Of a DNA stretch of 64,000 bases, positions 29,540 to 38,637 are shown piece by piece. This DNA is from Candidatus Woesearchaeota archaeon (GTDB lineage: Archaea; Nanobdellota; Nanobdellia; Woesearchaeales; GW2011-AR9): NCBI GenBank assembly GCA_018696595.1, contig JABHQW010000008.1, forward strand, positions 32,001 to 96,000. Direction: 5' to 3'. The notes beneath the pieces are model-generated. The model was given only the letters and a program-made list of their open reading frames with translations, made no database searches and was not told where the DNA came from. Position 1 is the stretch's first letter; the number at the start of each line of letters is the position of its first letter. A program made the translations under genes and the position numbers.

Positions 29540-29642
29540 TTTTAATTACTCACTAATAGCAGTTCACCACAATAAATAACTTCCCCTCAGAACTTACCCC
29601 AAAACAGCAAGATTTAAATAATAATTACCCCATCAAGGCAAT

Positions 29643-30620
29643 ATGGACGAAATTAAGCTTGATGTTAAAGATAGAAAGATTTTGTATTATCTAGATATTG
29701 ATGCAAGACAACCATCCTCAAAAATCGCTAAGAAAGTTGGATTAAGTAAAGACGCTGTTAATTACAGAATCCAGAAGATGTTGAGATTAGGAATAATAAA
29801 ACATTTTTATACAGTTCTTAACACACCACAATTAGGTTTTATGCATTTTAACACCTTGTTTAGGTTTAGAAATATAAACCAAACAATAAAGAACAATTTT
29901 GTAAATTATTGCAAAAATAACCAAAAAGTTATTTGGTGCACTTCTTGTTATGGTGGTTGGGATTTTGGAGTTTCGTTTCTTGCAAAAGACTTGAACGAGT
30001 ATAATGAGTTTATTCAAGAAGTTCTTAATCAATTTGGAAAAAACATCCATGAAAAATCAATGTCCATGATATTAGATAGTCCAACATATTCACGAGAATA
30101 TTTGAAAGGAGGAAAAATTGGAAAAGAGTTCAAATATAAAGTATCAAAAAAAAATACTTTAGATCAAACTGAAAAAAAGATTTTATCAATTATTTCACAA
30201 AACGCGGAATTAACCGCTATTGAAATTGCTAACAAATTAAAACTAACAACAGATATTGTTCGTTACAGAATTAAACAATTAAAAAAGAAGAATATTATCC
30301 AGGGGTTTAGAATCTCTATTGATTTAGAAAAGATTGGTTACACATACTATAAACTATTATTTACACTTAAAGATTTAACAATTAAAAAAGAGAATGAACT
30401 TCGAGAATATTGTAAAACCCACCCTTACATAATCCAATTCATCAAATACTTAGGAAATTGGGAAATTCAAATAGAATTAGAAGTCCCTTCTGAAAAAAAG
30501 TTATTTGTGATTCTTGAAGACCTTAGAAACAGATTTGCAGAGATTATAAAAACTTATGAGGTTCTGCGACTTAAAGAAGAAAAACTTAATTATTATCCTT
30601 TCGAAGTTCAAACAACTTAA
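29643..30620 (+). CDS. Double Lrp/AsnC transcription regulator (paralog of 26847)
   Basis: DRKILYYLDIDAR..VNYRIQKM; TEKKILSIISQNA..VRYRIKQL; TATA 22 nt before the ATG. Confidence 0.88.
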   Translation: MDEIKLDVKDRKILYYLDIDARQPSSKIAKKVGLSKDAVNYRIQKMLRLGIIKHFYTVLNTPQLGFMHFNTLFRFRNINQTIKNNFVNYCKNNQKVIWCTSCYGGWDFGVSFLAKDLNEYNEFIQEVLNQFGKNIHEKSMSMILDSPTYSREYLKGGKIGKEFKYKVSKKNTLDQTEKKILSIISQNAELTAIEIANKLKLTTDIVRYRIKQLKKKNIIQGFRISIDLEKIGYTYYKLLFTLKDLTIKKENELREYCKTHPYIIQFIKYLGNWEIQIELEVPSEKKLFVILEDLRNRFAEIIKTYEVLRLKEEKLNYYPFEVQTT

Positions 30621-30662
30621 AACTAAACACCTTTATATAAAAATAAACAATTTACACAAAAG

Positions 30663-32144
30663 ATGGAAAAAAAAGTAAAATATTGGTTGTTAGCGATATT
30701 CATCATTACGCTAACTGTAAGGTTAGTCCTAGCTTTTACAAGCCCTAATTTAACTTATGAATCATATTTTCATTTAAGACAAGTAGAACAAATTACAGAA
30801 ACAGGATTACCACAATACCAAGATACTTTATCGTATGGTGGCAGAGAAATGATTTTTCCGCCAGCGTTCCATTATCTAGCAGCTTTCTTCAACCTGTTCT
30901 TACCGTTAGGGTTTGTAGCTAAGCTCCTACCAAATCTTCTCATAGCATCCCTAACATTAATAGTTTATTTAATCAGCAAAAAAATAACTAACAACAACAA
31001 CGCCGCCTTAGGTTCAGCATTAATAACTGGTTTCTTACCAGTTTTATTCTCTACAAACTCCTTCACCCCAAACTCTTTATTTTTGCCATTAATTTTTCTA
31101 ACAGTTTATGCCTTCATAAATATTAAAGCAAAGAATGCATTATACATTTACATCGCCACCTTTTTCATAGCTTCCTTAACTAGCTCAGCAACAATCCTAC
31201 TATTATTAGGGTTTGCAATTTATCTTATCCTTTCATTATCAGAAAATAAAAAAATCAAACAAGCAGAATTAGAAGTGATGATTTTCTCGGTCTTCTTCTT
31301 CATTTGGATCCAGTTTTTATTCTATAAAAATATTTTTCTAAAACAAGGATTAGGTTTCATTTGGCAAAACATTCCAACACAAATTGTTCAACAATATTTC
31401 CCCCAAGTATCAATCCCACAAGCAATATTATTGGTAAGTGTTGTGCCTTTCTTGATAGGAGTAGTTGTTGCTTACCGGGCCTTATTTAAATTAAAAACAG
31501 AAAAATCATTTTTATTAATCAGTTTCGTTATTTCAACTACAGCATTAGCTTGGTTTAAATTGATTGAGTTCCATTTATCTTTATCTTTCTTTGCTATAAT
31601 TTTAGCAATTCTTTTCGCATCATTTTATCATGACATCACTAATTATATGAAAAAAACAAAAGCACCAAAATTAATAAAATATCTACAGGCAGCGTTAATT
31701 ATTCTAATACTAGCAACAACAATTTATCCAGCAATAAACGTAAGTCTTAAACAAGATCTACCATTAAAAGAAGAGATAGATGCTTTCCGTTGGTTACAAT
31801 ATAACTCCCCTCAGAATGCGGGAGTGGTTTCTTTATTAAAAGAAGGACATTTGATTACCCATTATAGTAAAAGAAAAAACTTAATGGACGACCATTTTAA
31901 TCTAATTGAAAAAGTTGAGGAAAGATTTACAGATTTAAACTCCTTATTCACAACTAAATTTAAAACTCAAGCACTACAAATCTTAGATAAATATCAAATC
32001 AAATATTTGATTATAAGTCCAAGTGCCAAGGACCAGTTCAAGATTGAAGAATTAAGTTATGCAACGGAAGACTGTTTTGAATTAGTTTACGATGAAGAGA
32101 CTAAGATTTATCAAGTTAAGTGTCAATTATCAGCAACATCTTAA
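30663..32144 (+). CDS. GT-C-fold (ArnT/PMT-like) polytopic membrane glycosyltransferase candidate
   Basis: About 12 TM helices, YESYFHLR..YPPAF-like first loop (IFPPAFHYL), C-terminal soluble domain (AFRWLQYNSP). Confidence 0.7.
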   Translation: MEKKVKYWLLAIFIITLTVRLVLAFTSPNLTYESYFHLRQVEQITETGLPQYQDTLSYGGREMIFPPAFHYLAAFFNLFLPLGFVAKLLPNLLIASLTLIVYLISKKITNNNNAALGSALITGFLPVLFSTNSFTPNSLFLPLIFLTVYAFINIKAKNALYIYIATFFIASLTSSATILLLLGFAIYLILSLSENKKIKQAELEVMIFSVFFFIWIQFLFYKNIFLKQGLGFIWQNIPTQIVQQYFPQVSIPQAILLVSVVPFLIGVVVAYRALFKLKTEKSFLLISFVISTTALAWFKLIEFHLSLSFFAIILAILFASFYHDITNYMKKTKAPKLIKYLQAALIILILATTIYPAINVSLKQDLPLKEEIDAFRWLQYNSPQNAGVVSLLKEGHLITHYSKRKNLMDDHFNLIEKVEERFTDLNSLFTTKFKTQALQILDKYQIKYLIISPSAKDQFKIEELSYATEDCFELVYDEETKIYQVKCQLSATS

Positions 32145-32146
32145 AA

Positions 32147-33559
32147 ATGGAACAAAAAGACAAACAAGAAATAATTGGGAAAAAGAATAAAGTTCTTTGT
32201 CATTTAGTAAAGCACCAAAAAAAATATTTGATTTTACTACTCTTAATTATTTGGTCAATACCTTTATTAACAAATTTAGCCAATAATGAACCGATCATAA
32301 AAGGGGCTGAAAGTTATTATCATTTAAGTCAAGCTAAAGACATTACAATAAACAATTTTTATTATTGGCCGTTAAATTTCCTCTCCACTAACTTCCCGGA
32401 CCAATCATTAATCTTGATTCCATTAATCCTAGCAATTTCTTCAATCATACTATTTGTTGCTATAACAAAAAAGACAAACTTTACAGAAAAATCAACTTTC
32501 TTTTATTTATCTTTAACAGTTATTTCTCCAGCATTTATCTGGACTTTTACAACCATTTCTGCTTATTCAGTTCAAATATTCTTGACTTTGTTAGGATTAT
32601 ATTTTCTGTCAAGAGACAAACAATCCATCAAAATATTGTCTCTAGTTCCTTTCATCTTAGCAACGTTCTTTGATACATTCAGTTCATTAGTTTTAATCTC
32701 ATTATTATTAGTTTACTGGTTTTACAAAAGAAAAGATGCAGTAATAGTAAAAACAATTTTAGGAGCAACTATTATTCTTACAACCATTAATTCCTTATTA
32801 TTAAGATTGCCTTTTATGTTAGGCCCATTCCATCGACAAGAATTTGTTTCTGAATTAATTACAGATCTTGGCGGACTATCTGGAATTAGTTTGTTCACTA
32901 TCTTGATTGGCTTAATCGGATTCACTATAACATGGAAAAAGAAAGGGTTTTACTTTGCCTATCTTTTGTTGCCAGTAGTATTAATCCCTTATTTTCTCAA
33001 CACTAATACAATTATTTATCTTTCTTTGTTAACAACCTTCTTTGCAACGGTAGGCTTAACAAAACTATTTGAAAGAAATTGGCGAATTGTATCATTAAAA
33101 AAAATAACATTTTTTATCCTAATATTAGGTTTATTGTTCTCAACATTAACTTATGTTGAGAGAATAGCAGAATATCAACCAACTGAAGAGATTATAGAAA
33201 CACTTTCCTGGGTTAACCAAAACCTACCAAATCAAGAGAAAGTTTTCTCAACTCCAAAAAACGGTTATTTCATTAAATATTTTACAAATAAAGAACCATT
33301 ATATTACATACACCAAGCAACCCTAGAAAAAGAAGACCTATTACAAAATATATCTCAATCGTTTTATGTTACAGAATTATTCCCACTTTTAGAAGAAAAC
33401 AACATCTCAATCATATATGTTACAAAAGATATGAAAGAACAATTGTCTGAAGAAATAGGCTTGTTATTTCTGTTAAAAAACGAAAGATTTAAAATAGTTC
33501 ATTCTCATGAGGATACAGAGGTATGGGTGTTTGTTCCAAGTGCAGCAGAAGAGGAGTAA
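32147..33559 (+). CDS. GT-C-like polytopic membrane protein (paralog of 30663)
   Basis: AESYYHLSQ loop, many TMs, TLSWVNQNLP C-domain; start moved to ATG 32147. Confidence 0.62.
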   Translation: MEQKDKQEIIGKKNKVLCHLVKHQKKYLILLLLIIWSIPLLTNLANNEPIIKGAESYYHLSQAKDITINNFYYWPLNFLSTNFPDQSLILIPLILAISSIILFVAITKKTNFTEKSTFFYLSLTVISPAFIWTFTTISAYSVQIFLTLLGLYFLSRDKQSIKILSLVPFILATFFDTFSSLVLISLLLVYWFYKRKDAVIVKTILGATIILTTINSLLLRLPFMLGPFHRQEFVSELITDLGGLSGISLFTILIGLIGFTITWKKKGFYFAYLLLPVVLIPYFLNTNTIIYLSLLTTFFATVGLTKLFERNWRIVSLKKITFFILILGLLFSTLTYVERIAEYQPTEEIIETLSWVNQNLPNQEKVFSTPKNGYFIKYFTNKEPLYYIHQATLEKEDLLQNISQSFYVTELFPLLEENNISIIYVTKDMKEQLSEEIGLLFLLKNERFKIVHSHEDTEVWVFVPSAAEEE

Positions 33560-33640
33560 ATAGAAGTACAATTAGCGACAATGATTCTGACTTGTATAAA
33601 CTAAAAAAGACAACTATCGTTTGGTGAATGAGGGCCTCTA

Positions 33641-34915
33641 ATGAATATTTTTGTAAACATACTATTATGGATCGCATATGCAGCATCTTTGTATTTCTCA
33701 ATTTTCTTATTACTAGTCTTTTTTGACAATAGAACAATTTTCGCTCAAGAAGAGTCATCCGCAAACCCCAAAATCACTCCAGAAGTTACAGTAATTGTTC
33801 CTGCATATAACGAAGAAAAAACAATTACTAGAACTTTACAATCCATTTGTAATTTAGATTACCCAAAAGAAAAGTTAGAAGTCTTGGTAGTGAATGACGG
33901 TTCAAAAGATAAAACTAAAGAAATAATTCAAGAATTTATCAAAGATAAACCCAACTTTAAACTAATCTCTCACTCCAATCAAGGTAAAGCTGCTTCAATG
34001 AATAAAGCGTTAAATGTAGCAAATGGAGAATTCTTTGCTTGTCTTGATGCAGATTCCTTTGTTGATTCTAAAACACTAAAGAAAATGTTATCCTTATACT
34101 ACAAAGAAGACGATCCTTCTCTTGTAATTATTACTCCAGCAATGAAAGTTTACAAACCTAAGAACATTCTCCAAAAAATCCAATGGCTAGAATATTTAGT
34201 AATAATCCTAATTGCCCGTATTACAAGTCAAATTGATTCGTTATACGTTGCACCTGGACCATTTTCGTTATACAAAACAAAAGTAATTCAGGAACTGGGT
34301 GGATTTGATGAAAAGAATATTACCGAAGATCAAGAGATTGCTTACAGAGTTCAAAGGAACCAGTATAAGATCAAACAATGTTTTGATGGGTATGTTTTCA
34401 CAACTGCTCCAAAAAAGATTAAACCATTTTATAAACAGAGAAGAAGGTGGTATTTAGGTAGTATTATGTGTATTAACCAGTATAAAGATATGGTTGCTAA
34501 CAGAAAGTACGGAGACTTTGGAGTGATGCAAATGATCAAAAATGTTTTGGGTTATGTTCTAGCAATAACAGGGATATCGTTAGCGGTGTACTTAATTTTC
34601 CTACCATTATTTAATAAGTTAAAAAACCTAATTTTAATCAAGTTCAATCTGTGGCCTTGGTTAACTAGTTTAGAATTAAAATTTAATTTCATCACTTTAC
34701 TTTTGATTGATTTTAGAAAAGGGTTCATCATCGCTTTTCTTTTTATGATTGGGTTCTTTTTCTTTTATTTAGCCCACAAAAATGCAAAAGAGAAAATGAT
34801 GAAATTTGGTCTTATTGCATTAATCCCTTATTTCATATTTTACTATTTGCTTAAAGGGATAATACTATTATTATCATTATTTGAATTTACGAGAGGTAGA
34901 AAAATAAAATGGTAG
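33641..34915 (+). CDS. Processive-type GT2 glycosyltransferase with TM segments (PgaC/cellulose-synthase-like)
   Basis: VPAYNEE, VNDGSKD, GKAASMN, LDADS, ITEDQE, KQRRRW (D,D,D,QxxRW). Confidence 0.88.
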   Translation: MNIFVNILLWIAYAASLYFSIFLLLVFFDNRTIFAQEESSANPKITPEVTVIVPAYNEEKTITRTLQSICNLDYPKEKLEVLVVNDGSKDKTKEIIQEFIKDKPNFKLISHSNQGKAASMNKALNVANGEFFACLDADSFVDSKTLKKMLSLYYKEDDPSLVIITPAMKVYKPKNILQKIQWLEYLVIILIARITSQIDSLYVAPGPFSLYKTKVIQELGGFDEKNITEDQEIAYRVQRNQYKIKQCFDGYVFTTAPKKIKPFYKQRRRWYLGSIMCINQYKDMVANRKYGDFGVMQMIKNVLGYVLAITGISLAVYLIFLPLFNKLKNLILIKFNLWPWLTSLELKFNFITLLLIDFRKGFIIAFLFMIGFFFFYLAHKNAKEKMMKFGLIALIPYFIFYYLLKGIILLLSLFEFTRGRKIKW

Positions 34916-35652
34916 AAGAAAAAAATAAAGTTCAAAAGGAGAAAAAAGAAGAAAAAGAAAGCATTAGTACTTTCAGAAGAATTAGTAAAGACAAATACAT
35001 TCTTGCAGGAATCATTACTTTCCTAATCTTTTCTTTAGGTCTAACATTTGGTTTCATATTAGAAGATTATCGTTATGGCTTAGTGGAAGAAATTAACATG
35101 GAACAAGAAGTCAAGTATTTAAGTTTACAACTCCAATATTTATATTTGGATGTTTTCAGTAATCAAGATAATTGCCCAATATTAGCTACAACTTTAAAGA
35201 AAACTGTTGAAGATTTAGATGAATCATTAAGTCAAGTTATTGCTTATGAAGAGAATAACAAAGGTTCAAAGATAGAACAAGACTTAATTATGCGAAGATA
35301 CGTATTAGATAATTTGCGTTATTGGCTTTTGTCCTTAGAAAGTAAACGTAGATGTGATCTTGACATTGTACCAATACTTTACTTTTACTCCACTGAATGC
35401 CCTTCCTGCCCAAACCAAGGGGCTGTTCTAACTTTCTTCAAAAATAAATTTGGAGAACAAGTATTAGTGTTTCCAATCAATTTAGATTTAAGACAGAAAG
35501 AACCAATGGTAGAAATAACAAAGTCACAATTTAACATCAATAAGATTCCCACTTTAGTTATTGATAACAAAAAGTATGAGGGGGTTATGCCTAAAGAAAC
35601 ATTGCAAAAACTGATTTGCTCTTCATTAAAGAATAAAGAAAATTGTGATTAA
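34909..35652 (+). CDS. Membrane-anchored thioredoxin-fold protein
   Basis: One TM helix, FYSTECPSC (CxxC), FNINKIPTLVI. Confidence 0.75.
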   Translation: MVEEKNKVQKEKKEEKESISTFRRISKDKYILAGIITFLIFSLGLTFGFILEDYRYGLVEEINMEQEVKYLSLQLQYLYLDVFSNQDNCPILATTLKKTVEDLDESLSQVIAYEENNKGSKIEQDLIMRRYVLDNLRYWLLSLESKRRCDLDIVPILYFYSTECPSCPNQGAVLTFFKNKFGEQVLVFPINLDLRQKEPMVEITKSQFNINKIPTLVIDNKKYEGVMPKETLQKLICSSLKNKENCD

Positions 35653-37149
35653 ATGAAACTAAAAGACAATAAAACAATCAGGAAAGTACAAAAAGAGATA
35701 GTCAATAAACCACTATTTTATTTAATCCTACTTACAATCTTAATTCGATTGTTTTATTTGTCAATGCAACATCCTTTGTGGTGGGATTCCCACATTTATA
35801 TTGGAATGGGGAAGTTCATTTTTTCTCAAGGTAAAGTTGGAATCTGGGAAAGTTTTAGGCCGTTAGTTCACCCAATAATTATTGGGGCGTTCTGGAAACT
35901 AAACTTCAACCCTATCATGATTGGAAAACTATTAGATTTAGTCTTCTCAACTACCGCAGTTTACTTAACATACTTAATTGGAAAACAAACTTTTAATAAA
36001 ACGGTGGGACTGATTAGCGCATTAATTTTCAGTTTAACTTCTCTTTTCATTATGTTTACAGGATTAATTCTAACTGAACCCTTAGCAATTACTTTAGCAT
36101 TGTTAGGAATATACCTTTATCTTAGAGAAGAAAAAACCAGTAATACAAATAATGTAAAAGGTTATTTCTTATTAGCGATTTCAGGATTATTCTTAGGTCT
36201 TTCATTTATGACCAAATTTCCACAAGGGATAATATTTGGTGCATTGGCATTAATTCTATTATTTCGAAGAAAAAAATTAATTAAGAAATTTAAAGACCTA
36301 TTCTCCATAACATTCGGATTCTTGATTCCAGTCGCCCCCTATATGATTTTTAACTATTTTAAGTACCCAAACATGTTGGAACCGTTCATCTCAGGATCAT
36401 GGATTGTAACTACCTCTACCTGGGTTTATGGTACTGGAATAACTTTCTACCTAACAAATTTCTTTCTTCGCTATTGGATCTATCTTTTCTTTTTCGTGTA
36501 TATATATTTTTATTTCAAGGAAAAACATTGGCAAGACAATAAGAAAACATTTATCTTAATCACAGCAATCTTTTTTCTATTATACTTCATTATTCAAGTG
36601 CCAAGGAAAGAAGTAAGATACTTAACAACAATCTTACCTTTATTAACAACCTTAGTAGCCTATGCAATAATAAACATCTATCAAAAACTTAAAACAACCG
36701 AGAAACCCACATTAAGACCGTACGCTTTTGTAATTATTTGTATCATAATAACAATTGTTCATGTTCCAACTACCTTATACTCAGAGAAAGTCCCAACCTT
36801 TGAACAAGAAATCTTAATTCTTATTGATGAGTATAATATTACTAACGCAATTATGACCACAGACCCGTCATTTGTTTCATTTGTTGACCAACCAGTAATT
36901 ATCTTAAGTGCTGGATTACAGTTTGGGCCACAGATTTATGAAAGAGAGAAAAGTAATTATGGGTTATTGTTTATTAATAGTTGTGATTTCATTTGTGCTC
37001 CAAATGATAGTACTTGTTTAGAAAAAAAAAACAATTTTGTGAATTTAATTTTTAGTGAGAATAAAGAGATATTTAGGAAAACAGTTAAGAATTGTACTTA
37101 TTCAATCGCTTTACCAAAACCGCAAGATGGAGAATTAGCAGAAAAATGA
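35653..37149 (+). CDS. GT39/ArnT-like GT-C glycosyltransferase
   Basis: WWDSHIY, RPLVHP, ILTEPLA, FMTKFPQ, KEVRYL. Confidence 0.8.
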   Translation: MKLKDNKTIRKVQKEIVNKPLFYLILLTILIRLFYLSMQHPLWWDSHIYIGMGKFIFSQGKVGIWESFRPLVHPIIIGAFWKLNFNPIMIGKLLDLVFSTTAVYLTYLIGKQTFNKTVGLISALIFSLTSLFIMFTGLILTEPLAITLALLGIYLYLREEKTSNTNNVKGYFLLAISGLFLGLSFMTKFPQGIIFGALALILLFRRKKLIKKFKDLFSITFGFLIPVAPYMIFNYFKYPNMLEPFISGSWIVTTSTWVYGTGITFYLTNFFLRYWIYLFFFVYIYFYFKEKHWQDNKKTFILITAIFFLLYFIIQVPRKEVRYLTTILPLLTTLVAYAIINIYQKLKTTEKPTLRPYAFVIICIIITIVHVPTTLYSEKVPTFEQEILILIDEYNITNAIMTTDPSFVSFVDQPVIILSAGLQFGPQIYEREKSNYGLLFINSCDFICAPNDSTCLEKKNNFVNLIFSENKEIFRKTVKNCTYSIALPKPQDGELAEK

Positions 37150-38000
37150 AATTCAAAGATTTTTTAGCATTAATTAGAGTGCACCAATGGTACAAGAACT
37201 TAGTAGTTTTCTTAGCAATATTTTTTTCAGGAAACTTTTTTGATACAAACTTAATTTATTTAACAATAGTTGCATTCTTTTCTTTATCATTTGTTTCTTC
37301 TGCGGGATATATTATCAATGATTTAGTTGATTTAAAGAAGGATTTACTAAATCCCGAAAAAAGGACCAGACCTCTTGCTTCAGGTAAGGTTAAGAAGCCA
37401 ACAGCAATATTCATTTCATTACTACTATTGGCAGTTAGTATTTACATGGCTCATACTATCTCAATTGCCGTAACCTATTTTATAATCTTGCTTTTCATCT
37501 CACATCAAATTTATACCTTTTTCTTAAAGAATATTATCTTTGCAGATATTCTGTCTATTGCAACTTTCTTTGTTATTAGAGCAATAACGGGTGCATTTGC
37601 TATTGAAGTTAAAGTAAGTCCTTGGTTAATCTTGTGTCCGTTCTTTTTATCATTATTCCTTTCGATAGGAAAACGCCAATCAGAGTTGCACTTGTTAAAA
37701 GAGAAATCAGCCCAAGCAAGAAAAGTTCTTAAGGAATATAATAAAGAATTAACAAACTCATTAATGATTATCTCAACAACATTGTTAATCATCTCTTATG
37801 CTCTTTATTCATTTCTCAGCGAACATGCAAATTTATTATACACTTTACCCTTTGCATTATTTGTAATATTCCGCTTTTATTATTTGATTGATAAAGGATC
37901 TGAGATTGCCAGACACCCAGAAAGAATAGTTAAAGATAAAGCTATTATTGTAGGAATGATATTGTGGGCAATTGTAGTTGGGTTACTGATTTATTATTGA
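37146..38000 (+). CDS. UbiA family; polyprenyl-phosphate phosphoribosyltransferase (DPPR-synthase-like)
   Basis: LIRVHQWYKNLVVF, YIINDLVDLKKD..PEKRTRPLASG, LSIGKRQSE; start moved to ATG 37146. Confidence 0.82.
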   Translation: MKFKDFLALIRVHQWYKNLVVFLAIFFSGNFFDTNLIYLTIVAFFSLSFVSSAGYIINDLVDLKKDLLNPEKRTRPLASGKVKKPTAIFISLLLLAVSIYMAHTISIAVTYFIILLFISHQIYTFFLKNIIFADILSIATFFVIRAITGAFAIEVKVSPWLILCPFFLSLFLSIGKRQSELHLLKEKSAQARKVLKEYNKELTNSLMIISTTLLIISYALYSFLSEHANLLYTLPFALFVIFRFYYLIDKGSEIARHPERIVKDKAIIVGMILWAIVVGLLIYY

Positions 38001-38026
38001 AAATGTTTGAGAATATTTAACGAAAA

Positions 38027-38509
38027 CTATTTTCTCTTCCGCACCTTAATGAAATCGCCCAAAGTAAGCTCATCAGAAGGACCTTTCTTCTTTTTGTCAA
38101 TCTCAACAGAACCAACCACATCTTTTTCAACCAATACTAAGTTCAATAGTCGTTCTAATTGGCGAGCAATGTTAAGCCTAGGCCTTAATGTTCCAGATTC
38201 CCATTTAGCCAAAATGCTTTCCTTCTCATTTAAAGAATTGGCAAACTCTTCTTGAGTCATACATTTTTGTTCTCTCGCTTTACGAATTAACTGAGAATAA
38301 TTCCGAACTATTCTAAATTCAGGCTTATTTTGTTGCTTAGAAAAAGATTTTCTATTTGTCCCAGATGAAAATGTTCTTGTCCCGTGTCCATAACTTTTCT
38401 TTTTAACAGTACCATATTTACTACAACCAGAACATACACTAAGCTCTCCACCTTCAATTTCTGCTAAAATAAGGTTTCCTTCCTTCCCACACATCTCACA
38501 AATTGGCAT
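38027..38509 (-). CDS. mbf1: Archaeal multiprotein bridging factor 1
   Basis: CEMCG..VCSGCSKYG Zn ribbon + HTH (IRKAREQ..LAKWESG). Confidence 0.92.
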   Translation of the reverse strand: MPICEMCGKEGNLILAEIEGGELSVCSGCSKYGTVKKKSYGHGTRTFSSGTNRKSFSKQQNKPEFRIVRNYSQLIRKAREQKCMTQEEFANSLNEKESILAKWESGTLRPRLNIARQLERLLNLVLVEKDVVGSVEIDKKKKGPSDELTLGDFIKVRKRK

Positions 38510-38637
38510 TTTAGAATGTAAAAACAGAACCCATATTAAAAGCTAACGGTCATAAGAACTGATTAAAGTATTACACTATAATAAATCTTATAAAGGACCC
38601 CTGCTTAAAACCAAAATAAAGGGCGAGGTGGTCTAAT

